Positions 1 to 9,043 of a stretch of DNA of 56,618 bases are shown piece by piece (position 1 is the first letter of the stretch; every line of letters begins with the position of its first letter). Source of the stretch: a virus (Duplodnaviria > Caudoviricetes); IMG/VR virus record IMGVR_UViG_3300043353_000072, positions 1-56,618 of that record; one strand, written 5' to 3'. The position numbers and the translations under genes were made by a program. The notes beneath the pieces are model-generated. The model was not told the origin of the DNA and made no database searches. It was given only the letters and a program-made list of their open reading frames with translations.

Positions 1-127
1 TGTAGCGCCGGTTCTGGCTTTCCGACGCGCGAATCCCCATGACGCTGAAAAGGTCTTTGCCCTCCGGCGTGGGATATACCTGCTTCGAAATGATGCGGGT
101 GATGTCCATGGCGTCGATATGCGTGGC
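1..127. repeat. 127-bp direct terminal repeat (second copy 56492-56618); circular assembly overlap
   Basis: Exact identity of the first and last 127 nt. A reading frame runs continuously through the junction. Confidence 0.95.
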
Positions 128-511
128 GATGGACGGCGGTTGCCGCACCCATTGGTCTGGTTGCAACTGCGGATCGAAAACCCACCAGTACGGATCGCGC
201 CGGTTGAACACGTTGACGATGGGCTGGTTGGCGACACACCAGCGGAAATTGACCTCCGGCCGCGCGGCCGTCCGCTCCGCGTATTCGAACGTCCCCGGGA
301 GCATGATTTCCTCGTCCCGCATGGAGACGTTGACGGGCAGCCGGCCGGTGGCCCGCGCCGCCATGATGGCCAGTTCCAGCACCACGCCGCTGTCTTTGCC
401 CGCGGAGAACGCGACCACCATGGTGTGGCCGTCCGCGTACAGTGCCGTCAGCCGGTCCAGTGCTTCCTCGAAGACGTCCCGCCCGGTGCGCGCACGGATT
501 TTGACGCTCAT
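1..511 (-). CDS. PAPS-reductase-family (IbrA/YbdN-like) protein, 5' part; continues across the junction to 55836 (388 aa total)
   Basis: Manual translation from ATG 511: MSVKIRARTGRDVFEEALDRL...VVAFSAGKDSGVVLEL (PP-loop), DEE, YWWVFD. In frame with ORF 55836..56600. Missed by the ORF track because of the contig edge. Confidence 0.85.
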   Translation of the reverse strand, partial: MSVKIRARTGRDVFEEALDRLTALYADGHTMVVAFSAGKDSGVVLELAIMAARATGRLPVNVSMRDEEIMLPGTFEYAERTAARPEVNFRWCVANQPIVNVFNRRDPYWWVFDPQLQPDQWVRQPPSIATHIDAMDITRIISKQVYPTPEGKDLFSVMGIRASESQNRRY

Positions 512-687
512 GACCGCACCTGCTCGCGCAGCACGACTTCCAGTGGCAGCAGGGGACCGTCGAAGACGCCAATGCTGCCATCGGCGAATTGCACGCGGAA
601 ACGGCCGCCACCATCGGGTGCGATCAACCGGACATGTTGCGCGATGAAACAGTGGTCCGGTGTCCAGTCTTCCACGGGCTCCGTCAT
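508..687 (-). CDS. small hypothetical protein (59 aa)
   Basis: MTEPVEDWTPDHCFIAQHVRL...; ATGA overlaps with both neighbours. Confidence 0.6.
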   Translation of the reverse strand: MTEPVEDWTPDHCFIAQHVRLIAPDGGGRFRVQFADGSIGVFDGPLLPLEVVLREQVRS

Positions 688-890
688 GGCGGCCGGACGT
701 CCTGCCAGAGCCCGCGCAGCCGCTCCGCGCGTTCCAGCATGCGTTCGCGGATGGCCGACTTCTTACGGCGCAGCAGCGCCTCCGCTTCCAGGTCCAGGGC
801 GCCGGTCAGCAGCAGGTCCGCGACCATGTGGCGGTCCTCGGCCGGGATCGTCAGCGTGGCCGGCCGAGGTGGCAGGAATGCGAGGCCCAT
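684..890 (-). CDS. hypothetical protein
   Basis: GGAGG upstream; packed within the operon. Confidence 0.55.
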   Translation of the reverse strand: MGLAFLPPRPATLTIPAEDRHMVADLLLTGALDLEAEALLRRKKSAIRERMLERAERLRGLWQDVRPP

Positions 891-911
891 GTCATGCCTC
901 CATCCGCGTGG

Positions 912-1394
912 TCATATTTGTTCCAGGATTGGCTTGTCGGGGTTCGGGCAAGATTTAAGCAACTTGGTGATTTCGGCCACCCGATCACGGATGGCCTTGC
1001 CCTGTGATCTCAAGGTGACCAGCACGGCCTTTCTGACCTGACGCGGTGTGAGGGAGCCGAGTTTATACCGTTGCCCGTCCACATCGAACGTCTCGTTCAG
1101 CAGATCCATTTGCCCCTGCGTGGCGTTCTCGCTGGATAGTTTTGGCAGCAGGTACTTGTCCTGGGCACCGACAAAAATCCCCGCCGCCGACATGGCGGAT
1201 GCGTATGCTCCGTCAACATCATCCTCCCCGTCCGCGGGCTTCTTAACTCCCCATATCTCGTTGACGGTCTCAGTGATCGCCTTTTGTTTCAGGTCCCGCG
1301 TCATAACCGTGGCGTCACCGAACAACTCGCGAATTTTCTTACGCCATGGTTCCAGGTGCTCCCCGCGGGTGGGCTTCTCAGTTGTCTGACTCAT
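912..1394 (-). CDS. hypothetical protein
   Basis: 160-aa ORF with GAGGGAGG RBS and ATGA overlap with the upstream gene. Confidence 0.7.
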   Translation of the reverse strand: MSQTTEKPTRGEHLEPWRKKIRELFGDATVMTRDLKQKAITETVNEIWGVKKPADGEDDVDGAYASAMSAAGIFVGAQDKYLLPKLSSENATQGQMDLLNETFDVDGQRYKLGSLTPRQVRKAVLVTLRSQGKAIRDRVAEITKLLKSCPNPDKPILEQI

Positions 1395-2446
1395 GGCGTT
1401 GTTCCTCCCTCGATATAATCCCTAAGATCAGCCAGGAAGCCTGTCGTGGTCTCGATCGCGTCAAGCGCCGGCGCCGCGGTGTCCCCGTCGAAGTAGCTTT
1501 TCAGCCCGTCCAGTTCCGCCAGGGATTTAAGGGTCACGGCCATCACGCGCTCGACCTTGCGCAGCGCGTTGATCGCGTCTCGATGAGGTTTCCGTTGAAC
1601 GGCGGGCGGTATTTCCCCGGCGTCGTCGTCGTCCTCATCGTCGACCGCCATATCGCCCAACAGCGGCAGGAGCGGAGAAACGTCTATTTTGTAGGCCGGC
1701 CTTTTACCCTGCCCCGGCCTTGATACTTGTGACTTTGGATCAGGCGCCACGGCCTCCCGTTTCTCAATCACGGGCGCGGCCGGCGGGTCGGGCTTTTCAC
1801 CGGTCTTGCCACCCGTGGCACTTTCGGTAATTCGGGACAGGACATCTGAAACCGTCTGCTGTCCGATCTTCAGCGCCTTCCCGATGGCCTCCTGGCTGCG
1901 GCCGGCCGCGTGCATCTCCGCGATGCGCTGGTTTCGTTCCGCACGCTTTTGGTTCCGTGTTGGCAGCGATAGTTCCGTTGCCAACTGACGACTGCACCCA
2001 AGGATGGAGCGGACCTCATCGACCACTCTTTTTAGCGGGATTGACCGCAACAGGTCCCGGTCCACCATCATGCCGTAGGCCTTGCGGTAGTCAGCCTCAC
2101 GCAGCCGCTTCCCATGCACATGGTTGGCCTGAAGCGCGTACCGGATCGCGTCATCCATGCTGCCAGGCCTTATCTCGGCCAGCACCTCCGCCTTGCGTCC
2201 CTTGACCTTCAACGCGGCCAGCGCGGCGGCATCAACGCGATGGTAGCCGTCTGCCAGATAGCGGTCGCCCGACTCGTCTTCGAACACCACGACCGGCGGA
2301 AACGTCGTCCCTTCGATCATCGCGATGGCGTATTCCGCGATCAGCTTTTGGTCCGCCTGTTCACGAACCTGCGTTTCCGGATGCCGGGTTAAATCATCCG
2401 TGCGCAGCTTCATGATGCGCGGAACGAGCACGGTCATTTCGTTCAC
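1391..2446 (-). CDS. ParB/Srx-like N-terminal domain protein with HTH
   Basis: FPPVVVF...YLADGYHRVDA ParB/Srx motif; HTH GRSQEAIGKALKIGQQTVSDVL. Confidence 0.8.
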   Translation of the reverse strand: MNEMTVLVPRIMKLRTDDLTRHPETQVREQADQKLIAEYAIAMIEGTTFPPVVVFEDESGDRYLADGYHRVDAAALAALKVKGRKAEVLAEIRPGSMDDAIRYALQANHVHGKRLREADYRKAYGMMVDRDLLRSIPLKRVVDEVRSILGCSRQLATELSLPTRNQKRAERNQRIAEMHAAGRSQEAIGKALKIGQQTVSDVLSRITESATGGKTGEKPDPPAAPVIEKREAVAPDPKSQVSRPGQGKRPAYKIDVSPLLPLLGDMAVDDEDDDDAGEIPPAVQRKPHRDAINALRKVERVMAVTLKSLAELDGLKSYFDGDTAAPALDAIETTTGFLADLRDYIEGGTTP

Positions 2447-2622
2447 GACTGCGCCTCCGGCTGGTGCACGACATGCCGCACGCGGCCGTCAGGCAGCGTC
2501 ACGTTAAACGGCGGCGGTCCCATGGGTTTGAGGCCCGGCCCCTTGGGCAGCCTGATCCAGCCTTCCTCGGGGTGGATGTAGCCCCAGGGCAGGCCGTCAT
2601 CGGTTTCCGAATCGTCGCTCAT
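2443..2622 (-). CDS. small hypothetical protein
   Basis: MSDDSETDDGLPWGYIHP...; 4-nt overlaps on both sides. Confidence 0.55.
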   Translation of the reverse strand: MSDDSETDDGLPWGYIHPEEGWIRLPKGPGLKPMGPPPFNVTLPDGRVRHVVHQPEAQS

Positions 2623-3320
2623 GCGCGTGCTCCTTCCACGATCAGATACCGGCCCAGCCCAGGCAGAACCCGCGCCACCAGCGGCTCGGCGGCCATCAGC
2701 GGCCAGGGCAGCAGGGAGAACGCGGACACGCGCGTGACCTGGAAGCCGGCCAGCGTCAGGCGCCCCCGGGCCTGCCACGGGCACCACGCGGCCGGCGCGG
2801 TGTTGAGGTGGACGGCGCCCTCCTGGCGGACGTGCCCCGCGTACCAGCGCGGCGCGTTGACCATCAGCAGCACCCGGCCACCACGCGGCAGGACGCGCCG
2901 GAGATTGCTCAATGCCGTCACGGGCGCCGTCACGTAGGACAGCGCGCAATACAGCGACACCACGGCCGCCAGCCGCGGCAGGTCCTCGGGCAGCGGCTCG
3001 CAGACGTCGCCCTGGCGGAAGTCCGCGCGGGGGAAATTGCGCCGCGCCACGTCCAGCATGCCGGCCGACACGTCCAGCCCCGTGTAATCCTCCACGGGCC
3101 AGTCAGTCAGGCGGAGGAAATTGCCGGTCCCGCAGCCCACGTCGAGCACCGTCCCGGGTCCGACGCCACGCAGGAAGCGCCGCAGGTGGCGCGCCAGCAG
3201 CCGGTCCTCGGCCCGGCCCACGGCGTTGTCGAACATTTTGTCATAGCCGGGCGCCAGCCCGTCATAGGCGAACGCCACCGGCGGCGGCGGGCCGGCCTCA
3301 ATCCTCCGCACGTTCTGCAT
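2619..3320 (-). CDS. class I SAM-dependent methyltransferase
   Basis: VLDVGCGTG motif I, TGLDVSAGML motif II, QGD, RVLPRGG. Confidence 0.85.
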   Translation of the reverse strand: MQNVRRIEAGPPPPVAFAYDGLAPGYDKMFDNAVGRAEDRLLARHLRRFLRGVGPGTVLDVGCGTGNFLRLTDWPVEDYTGLDVSAGMLDVARRNFPRADFRQGDVCEPLPEDLPRLAAVVSLYCALSYVTAPVTALSNLRRVLPRGGRVLLMVNAPRWYAGHVRQEGAVHLNTAPAAWCPWQARGRLTLAGFQVTRVSAFSLLPWPLMAAEPLVARVLPGLGRYLIVEGARA

Positions 3321-3768
3321 AAATCCCCTCCACCCGTTCCAGTGCGTCGATGAACGCCGTCTGCGCGGCATAGGTCGTGGTGGCGCGCCGCCTGCCGATC
3401 ACGCGCCACGACAGGTCCAGGACGATGACGGCTTCCAGCAGCGCCATCTCGGGCCCGAGCACCTGGGCGACGCGGCGGAGCCGTTCCTGGGCATCCAGCA
3501 GGTCATCGGGTGGCGTCCGCGCGCCCGGCGTGACGCCGGACATGACGCCGCCGAAGGCCGGTGGCGGCAGGCCCGCCACGCGCTCGAAATCGTTTCTGAA
3601 ACGACCGGCCGCCGCGTAAATCTTCTGTGAAATCCTGGCGTTTTCGAACAGGCGGTCCAGTCGCGTGAGGACGGTCCAGCCGGTGCGACGCGCCTGTCGG
3701 TCTACCCGCGGTTCAAGGACCGCATGGTGTCGGATGAACTCAGCCGTGGGACGGGCTGATTGGCGCAT
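3298..3768 (-). CDS. putative late-transcription regulator (DUF6456-like, C-terminal HTH)
   Basis: LDRLFENARIS..YAAAGRF pattern and LLEAVIVLDLSWRVIG; Q-like position upstream of late genes (inference). Confidence 0.45.
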   Translation of the reverse strand: MRQSARPTAEFIRHHAVLEPRVDRQARRTGWTVLTRLDRLFENARISQKIYAAAGRFRNDFERVAGLPPPAFGGVMSGVTPGARTPPDDLLDAQERLRRVAQVLGPEMALLEAVIVLDLSWRVIGRRRATTTYAAQTAFIDALERVEGIYAERAED

Positions 3769-4067
3769 AAGGCTGATCTATCACCGCCGGTATCGTCCCC
3801 GTCAACGCGCGGGCTCCGCCAGCCGGCCGGCAATGGCATGGATTCGAGGCGTCGGAACGCTTCGTCATCGTCCGCCGGCGTGCGCGTAAGAGGTTCCGCC
3901 AGAAAAACGATCCACTCAGCCACGGCGGACGGTACGCGGTCCCGGCCGCTCAGAAAACGATGCGCCCGTCTCGGGTTTATCGACAACCTGCGGGCCAGGG
4001 CCTCCGCTGACCATCCCAGCAGGCGCAGCGCGTTGTGCAGTTGGTCCAGTGTCGGCGTCAGGCTCAT
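3702..4067 (-). CDS. HTH DNA-binding protein
   Basis: LRLLGWSAEALARRLSINPRRAHRFLSG, XRE-like. Confidence 0.65.
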   Translation of the reverse strand: MSLTPTLDQLHNALRLLGWSAEALARRLSINPRRAHRFLSGRDRVPSAVAEWIVFLAEPLTRTPADDDEAFRRLESMPLPAGWRSPRVDGDDTGGDRSALCANQPVPRLSSSDTMRSLNRG

Positions 4068-4428
4068 GTGACACGTTATGGTCGATCAACGGCCGGAGCG
4101 CCATCAGGGCGTGATGGGACCGTCCGAGTTGCAGCGCGCGGGCCGCCACCTGGGCCTCCACCATGTCGGACACGTCGCCAAGCGCGTCCAGTGCGACCAC
4201 CAGCCGGGCGGCGTAGGATGACACCGGCGCGAGGTGGAGTTGCTGCACGGCGAGGTACGCGGCCAGCACCGGGCCGGCGTCCGCCTCCGCCGCTGCCACG
4301 ATGTCACGCTCGCGGAGGAACCGCGCCGAGTGCGGGAGCATGACCCGCGCCTGGGTTTCGAACAGCAGCATGCGGCCTTCGAAGAACAGCGTCTCGCCGG
4401 CGCGCACGGTGATGACCGGACCGTCCAT
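3916..4428 (-). CDS. flbT: FlbT-like flagellin post-transcriptional regulator
   Basis: VRAGETLFFEG, FLRERDI, P...YLAVQ, ALMALRPLI match the FlbT pattern in order and spacing (by eye). Confidence 0.65.
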   Translation of the reverse strand: MDGPVITVRAGETLFFEGRMLLFETQARVMLPHSARFLRERDIVAAAEADAGPVLAAYLAVQQLHLAPVSSYAARLVVALDALGDVSDMVEAQVAARALQLGRSHHALMALRPLIDHNVSHEPDADTGPTAQRAAPAGMVSGGPGPQVVDKPETGASFSERPGPRTVRRG

Positions 4429-5007
4429 TCATAATCCCGTGGGCCGCCTGCCCGGCCATGTCGAGCCCTGGTCGGCGGTGCCGGCGGTGGCCTTCTCCGC
4501 CCATTCCCCGGTGACGTTCATGCTGGGCGGGATCAGCACCAGCCCGGCGCGGCTGTCCCAGCGCACGACCGCCATCACGCCATGCTCGCGCGCCAGCCGG
4601 TCCAGCCACGCCCGAAGTTTGGGCTCGCGGTGGGCGTTCCGGAACGCGGGATCGACCCAGATTTGCACCACGGGCATCGAGCGGTTGGCCTCCGCGATGA
4701 ACACGTAATCCGGCATCATGTCGATGACGTAGTGGCAGCGGTCCGGGCGCGGCAGGCCCGCCGTGTCGGGATCGACCAGCCAGCGGCAGTTCCACTCGTG
4801 ACATTCGCGTGAAACGGCGTTCAGCCGGGCATAGACCATGCACCCGAGGCCGTGGCGTTGGTGCTGGCATCGTCGGCCGGCGGGCTTGTCCAGGCTCCGC
4901 ACGGGCAGCAGCTTGCAGCACAACTGGCAATCGCCGCACTGACGGCCGCCCACCTTCTCGATCAACGTGATTTCCAGGTGGTGGTCGTTGGCCGGTTCGT
5001 CGCTCAC
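4429..5007 (-). CDS. YkgJ-like CxxCxxCC cysteine-cluster protein
   Basis: CGDCQLCCK...C.H...GC.VY...C..W.C.WL; GTG start. Confidence 0.75.
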   Translation of the reverse strand: MSDEPANDHHLEITLIEKVGGRQCGDCQLCCKLLPVRSLDKPAGRRCQHQRHGLGCMVYARLNAVSRECHEWNCRWLVDPDTAGLPRPDRCHYVIDMMPDYVFIAEANRSMPVVQIWVDPAFRNAHREPKLRAWLDRLAREHGVMAVVRWDSRAGLVLIPPSMNVTGEWAEKATAGTADQGSTWPGRRPTGL

Positions 5008-5216
5008 GCGTGCCCCGCCAGAGTGTGGTCCTCGATCCACTGGACAAAGCCCGGCGCGCAGAATTCCAGGTTTTCCCGGTGCACGGTCGTGAGATCCTCG
5101 GGCGTGTAGCCCTGGCCCGTCAGCACGAGATACGAGCGCAGCGCCCGCTCCGGCGTCACGGGATTGCCGCGCTCGGAAACGTCCTGACCGCAGCAAAGGC
5201 ATTTGAATGTCGGCAT
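5004..5216 (-). CDS. hypothetical protein
   Basis: Packed ORF, 70 aa. Confidence 0.55.
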   Translation of the reverse strand: MPTFKCLCCGQDVSERGNPVTPERALRSYLVLTGQGYTPEDLTTVHRENLEFCAPGFVQWIEDHTLAGHA

Positions 5217-5232
5217 AAGGTTTTCCCCAGTC

Positions 5233-5427
5233 TTATCGTCGGCCTCGTGTCACGCCACGGTAATCCAACCAAAGCCGCAGCCGCTCGTTTTCCAGTATGT
5301 CCCGCTGCATCCTCGTTTGCTCCATTTGCCAAAGCTTCTGGTCGATATCCCGATAGACACAGGCCGGTGTGACCAGGGGGAGGATCATGACCGGCAGGGT
5401 GCGAAGGCGCGTCGCGAATGTCGGCAT
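5233..5427 (-). CDS. small hypothetical protein
   Basis: MPTFATRL... with a short hydrophobic stretch. Confidence 0.45.
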   Translation of the reverse strand: MPTFATRLRTLPVMILPLVTPACVYRDIDQKLWQMEQTRMQRDILENERLRLWLDYRGVTRGRR

Positions 5428-5453
5428 CGGTTTTCCCCCTTCACAATCAAGCG

Positions 5454-5690
5454 TTAGTTCGGCCCCGCCCACGCCACGGCGCAGGGCACACAGAGTTTCA
5501 TGGGTCGTTTCGGAATGTAGGGCCGGTATCTGATTCCCACGCCGCAGCCGGCGCAAACGTCCAGCACGTCATCGGGGAAATGCACCGGAGCGCCCTGGCG
5601 CACGCAGACCACGATGTCCGCCGTCGCGGCCACGTCATCGGGGACCACATCCACCAGCGGCCCGCCCGGTCCGAGGCGAATGCGCCTCAC
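5454..5690 (-). CDS. small Cys-containing (Zn-ribbon-like) protein
   Basis: CAGC...CVPC; GTGA overlap. Confidence 0.5.
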   Translation of the reverse strand: MRRIRLGPGGPLVDVVPDDVAATADIVVCVRQGAPVHFPDDVLDVCAGCGVGIRYRPYIPKRPMKLCVPCAVAWAGPN

Positions 5691-6196
5691 GCGTTGCCCC
5701 GGGTGGGCAGCGCCATCATCACCAGCATGGCCTCGGCGGCGGTCCGCGCCGCCTTGTCCGGTGGCGCCTCCGGGAACAGCCGCGACAGTTCGCCGGCCAG
5801 CGTCGGCCCGCCGTGCCGCGTCTTTTCCTCCCCGAGCCCGCGCACCCGGCCCTTCTCGTCCCGGCGTATCTGGCGGGACCACGCCGCCGTCTGGTCCTGC
5901 GTCACCAGGATCACGCAGAGCAGGTCGTCCTCACGCGGTGGGTCGTCGCCGCCGTCCTCCGCCACGGGCACCATGGCGCCCTCGGACATCATGACCACGC
6001 TCTCCGCGCCCAGCGCGATGACCGCCAGTTTCACGCAGTCGTAGGTGGCCTGACGGCCTCCGTTGCCCGGGATCATGGCCGCGCGGCCGTCCTCCGCGCT
6101 GACCAGGAACGTGGGGACCACGACGCCATGGGTCAGCAGGGTGTTGGTCGCCAGCGCCTGGCCGACCTCGAAATGGTGTTGAAGCGTATCTTTCAT
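5687..6196 (-). CDS. hypothetical protein
   Basis: Start MKDTLQ with GAGGA RBS and ATGA overlap. Confidence 0.6.
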   Translation of the reverse strand: MKDTLQHHFEVGQALATNTLLTHGVVVPTFLVSAEDGRAAMIPGNGGRQATYDCVKLAVIALGAESVVMMSEGAMVPVAEDGGDDPPREDDLLCVILVTQDQTAAWSRQIRRDEKGRVRGLGEEKTRHGGPTLAGELSRLFPEAPPDKAARTAAEAMLVMMALPTRGNA

Positions 6197-7065
6197 CCCG
6201 TTTCCTCCGGTTGCAGCGCATGGAGTCTTGAGCGGGCATAGTCCCGCGCCGTCTGGTCCCGCTCCGGATCGTCCGCGATGGCCCGCCACATGGCGATCAG
6301 CGTTGCGTTCGGCACGGCGGCCGGCGCCGGCGGGGGTGGCGCGACGGGCACCACGGGCGCCACGGGCTCCGGCTTGAGGGCCGCGCGCATGACCGCCAGC
6401 CGCGGCCGAATGGCGGCGTGGAGGATCATGGCCTCCGGGTCGGCCAGCTTGGCCTCGTAGGCCCGGGCCAGTTCCACCGGCGAGTCCATGGCGTCCTCGA
6501 AAATGGGCAGGGCGTCGGGGCGATGGCGCGCCAGCAGGCTGACGTACGTCTGGATCAGCACATGCCGCATGGGGTGGCCCTGGAAGGTCAACGCCGTCAC
6601 CCGCACCGTCTCGTCGGTGATTTCCGCCGTCCGGTCCGCCCGGACCTCGGTGGCGATCTGGCGCGCCAGCCTGGGCGCGTATGTCTCGATGAGGCTGCGG
6701 GCCAGCTTCTCGCCGGTCCTGCCGCGGTGCTTCTCCCAGTAGCCGGCCCAGGCCTGCTCGGTGACATTCCCGGCCACCACGGTGGACGGCGCGGCCGACG
6801 CGGCGGGTGGCGCGTGCTCCCGCAGCCAGGCGGCGAGGGCGTCCCGCAAGCCGTAGTACGTCGGCCAGACGGTGGACTGGGCCGCCAGCGCCTCCGCCAC
6901 CGCCGGCGCCGTGGCGTCGATGAACAGCGTAACGGGGAACTCCGCCAGCAGGCCGGTCGCTTGCGCCATGATGGTGCCGTCCGAGGGAGGCTCGGCCAGT
7001 TCCATCAGCCGGGCCACCCGGCGCAGCCAGATTTCAATTCCCAGGCTGGCGTCGTCATCCGACAC
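6193..7065 (-). CDS. hypothetical protein, possible replication accessory/helicase loader
   Basis: Directly follows the O-like initiator; function inferred from position only. Confidence 0.5.
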   Translation of the reverse strand: MSDDDASLGIEIWLRRVARLMELAEPPSDGTIMAQATGLLAEFPVTLFIDATAPAVAEALAAQSTVWPTYYGLRDALAAWLREHAPPAASAAPSTVVAGNVTEQAWAGYWEKHRGRTGEKLARSLIETYAPRLARQIATEVRADRTAEITDETVRVTALTFQGHPMRHVLIQTYVSLLARHRPDALPIFEDAMDSPVELARAYEAKLADPEAMILHAAIRPRLAVMRAALKPEPVAPVVPVAPPPPAPAAVPNATLIAMWRAIADDPERDQTARDYARSRLHALQPEETG

Positions 7066-8221
7066 GGCGCGCCTGGGAGAAGGTGTCCGACACCACGGCG
7101 CGAGCGATCAGCACCTCCCGGCCCATGGGCGAGCCCTCGCACAAGGTCAGCGGGTTGAGCGTCTGCTTGCCGTCCAGCCAGTTGCGATCTTTCAGCCACC
7201 AGTGCGCCGCCTTGGGACGTTTCGGGTCATGCTTCCAGCGGAACAGCCCCAACATTAGGTCCGCGTGGGTGGCGATCCCGCTGGCGATGACGCGGGCGTA
7301 CTCCATTTCGGCCTGGTGCCTGTCCTGGTGGACCGGGTAGGCGAGCCAGAAGCCTTCGAAACTTACCGGATATTTATATTCTTTCCGGTGTGGTGTGGCC
7401 GGCGGTGGGTCCGCGCCCGCACCCGCGGCATTCACACTCCCCACTAGAAGGGATTCTTCACTTCCAGAATCAGACTCACACACACTATCAAGAGTCCGCA
7501 CTGGGTTATTCAATGATTTCAATGGGTCGCGGGCAGTAATTATTTGGGAATTGCCCTCTATCTCCGGACAATTCGAATTAATTGCCGAGGAACTCGAATT
7601 CGGCGCCGGGGAATTACCCGAATCTGTCAATGATTCCAGTGGTGCGGCAATTCCCGTGCAATTATCGGCGGCGGGTAATTCCGGGGAATTAGCCCCTAAT
7701 TCAGATGAACTCCCAGTAATTACGGCGCCGTCGCGACCGCCCGCCATGGGCAGCAGCATGGACGTCTGGCCGAGCGGGCCGCGCCGGCTGCCAGGCTTCG
7801 GTCCGGGCTTGCGCCGGCCCTCCATCCTGCGGCCGTCCGGTGACTGCAGGACCACGGGCATGCCCAGGTCGTCGGACTCGGTGTAGGCGATCATGTCCCC
7901 CGGCATGGGGTGTTGACGCATCGCCCGGCGCGGCCGGTTCCATCGTCGGAAATGGCGGACCGCCCCATACTCCCGGCCGTCCCAGGCGGTGTATCGGCGC
8001 ACGAGGTCCAGCGTCTCCATCTCGTCCAGCATGGGCGTGACGTCGATGCCGTCCCCGGGCATGCACCGCAGGCCGATGGATCTGGGCTTCCACTCGAAAG
8101 CCCCGGCGTCGTCGGTGCAATGGACCTGGATCAGCACCAGCAGCAGGCGCGCGGTGACGGACAGGTAGGAAATCATGTCATCGGTGGTGAACCCCGGATG
8201 CACCATGCGCATGCGGCTCAT
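7055..8221 (-). CDS. phage replication initiator (O-like replisome organiser)
   Basis: N-terminal MSRMRMVHPGF...ARLLL...DDAGAFEW; low-complexity middle; C-terminal FEGFWLAYP...WL...W. Confidence 0.75.
   Translation of the reverse strand: MSRMRMVHPGFTTDDMISYLSVTARLLLVLIQVHCTDDAGAFEWKPRSIGLRCMPGDGIDVTPMLDEMETLDLVRRYTAWDGREYGAVRHFRRWNRPRRAMRQHPMPGDMIAYTESDDLGMPVVLQSPDGRRMEGRRKPGPKPGSRRGPLGQTSMLLPMAGGRDGAVITGSSSELGANSPELPAADNCTGIAAPLESLTDSGNSPAPNSSSSAINSNCPEIEGNSQIITARDPLKSLNNPVRTLDSVCESDSGSEESLLVGSVNAAGAGADPPPATPHRKEYKYPVSFEGFWLAYPVHQDRHQAEMEYARVIASGIATHADLMLGLFRWKHDPKRPKAAHWWLKDRNWLDGKQTLNPLTLCEGSPMGREVLIARAVVSDTFSQARRVG
7530..7725. other. putative lytic origin (AT-rich iterons inside the initiator gene)
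   Basis: Dense AATT cluster with quasi-palindromes such as GGCAATTcccgtgcAATTATC and GGTAATTccggggAATTAGCC. Confidence 0.6.
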
Positions 8222-8298
8222 GACGATGCTCCCCCGTGCCATGAAACTATGATGGATTGATGTCTTGCAATCATCCGGCGGCGTGCCGAATATGGAAC

Positions 8299-8452
8299 GG
8301 GCAGCCCGGGCAGCGGGTTGTCTGAGTCGCCCCGGACGTTCCTGACGTCCCCGGTGCGGGTGAAAACCGGATGTCGCATTGTCATGGTCCTTTTGTGATG
8401 GTCCGGGTCCCGCGTGGGAATCAGCCCCGCACGCGGGATTTCACCGGCCCCG
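8299..8452 (+). ncRNA. candidate structured antisense RNA
   Basis: Upstream TTGCAA-17-GAATAT; consecutive hairpins whose G-U pairs favour the + strand. Confidence 0.4.
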
Positions 8453-8506
8453 GTTAAGGGTCGTCTTGAGGGAAAGTCGGAGTATTGCTTGGCTGCATCG
8501 TGCCCA

Positions 8507-9043
8507 TCAGGCGGCCCGCCGAGCGTGCCGTTGCTCCGCCATCAGGCCGAGATAGAGGACGATTGCGTCCGCGATGTTGTCGTCCGCCACGGGCAGCCCG
8601 AGGCTCCGGACGTGCTCCACCACGATGTCTTTGATGCCCACCACGGGACCGCGGCCGAACAGGTCAACGGCGGTCCCGGTTGGCGCGCGGATGGAGCGGG
8701 TGCGGCCGATGATCCGCCGGCGCACCTCGTCCGCCGTGCGCTCGATGACGGGGACGCCGGCCTCGGCGCATTCGCCCTCCACGTACGCGGCGAGCCCGTA
8801 TTGCTGGCGGGCGGCGGCGGCGGACGTCTGGGCGGGGAGCGCCAACGGGGACTCCATGCACACACGGGCCGGCCGCCACTCGTCCAGGTGGTCCCATAAT
8901 GCGGTCCGGAACGCATACAGCCGCAGGCCTCGATTGCCGCGGAGGGTCCAGAGCCCGAACCGCTCCGGGACCGGGCCCGAGCCGTAGGCCCAGCCGACGT
9001 TGCCGGACAGGTCCAGACACAGCGTTCCCCCAGGCCCGGACAT
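8507..9043 (-). CDS. RuvC-like Holliday junction resolvase
   Basis: LCLDLSGNVGWA, ESP and DNIADA acidic motifs. Confidence 0.75.
   Translation of the reverse strand: MSGPGGTLCLDLSGNVGWAYGSGPVPERFGLWTLRGNRGLRLYAFRTALWDHLDEWRPARVCMESPLALPAQTSAAAARQQYGLAAYVEGECAEAGVPVIERTADEVRRRIIGRTRSIRAPTGTAVDLFGRGPVVGIKDIVVEHVRSLGLPVADDNIADAIVLYLGLMAEQRHARRAA

Noticed and set aside
2619-3320. Classical DNA methyltransferase
   Set aside because: No DPPY/NPPY or PC catalytic motif; it looks like a small-molecule-type class I enzyme.
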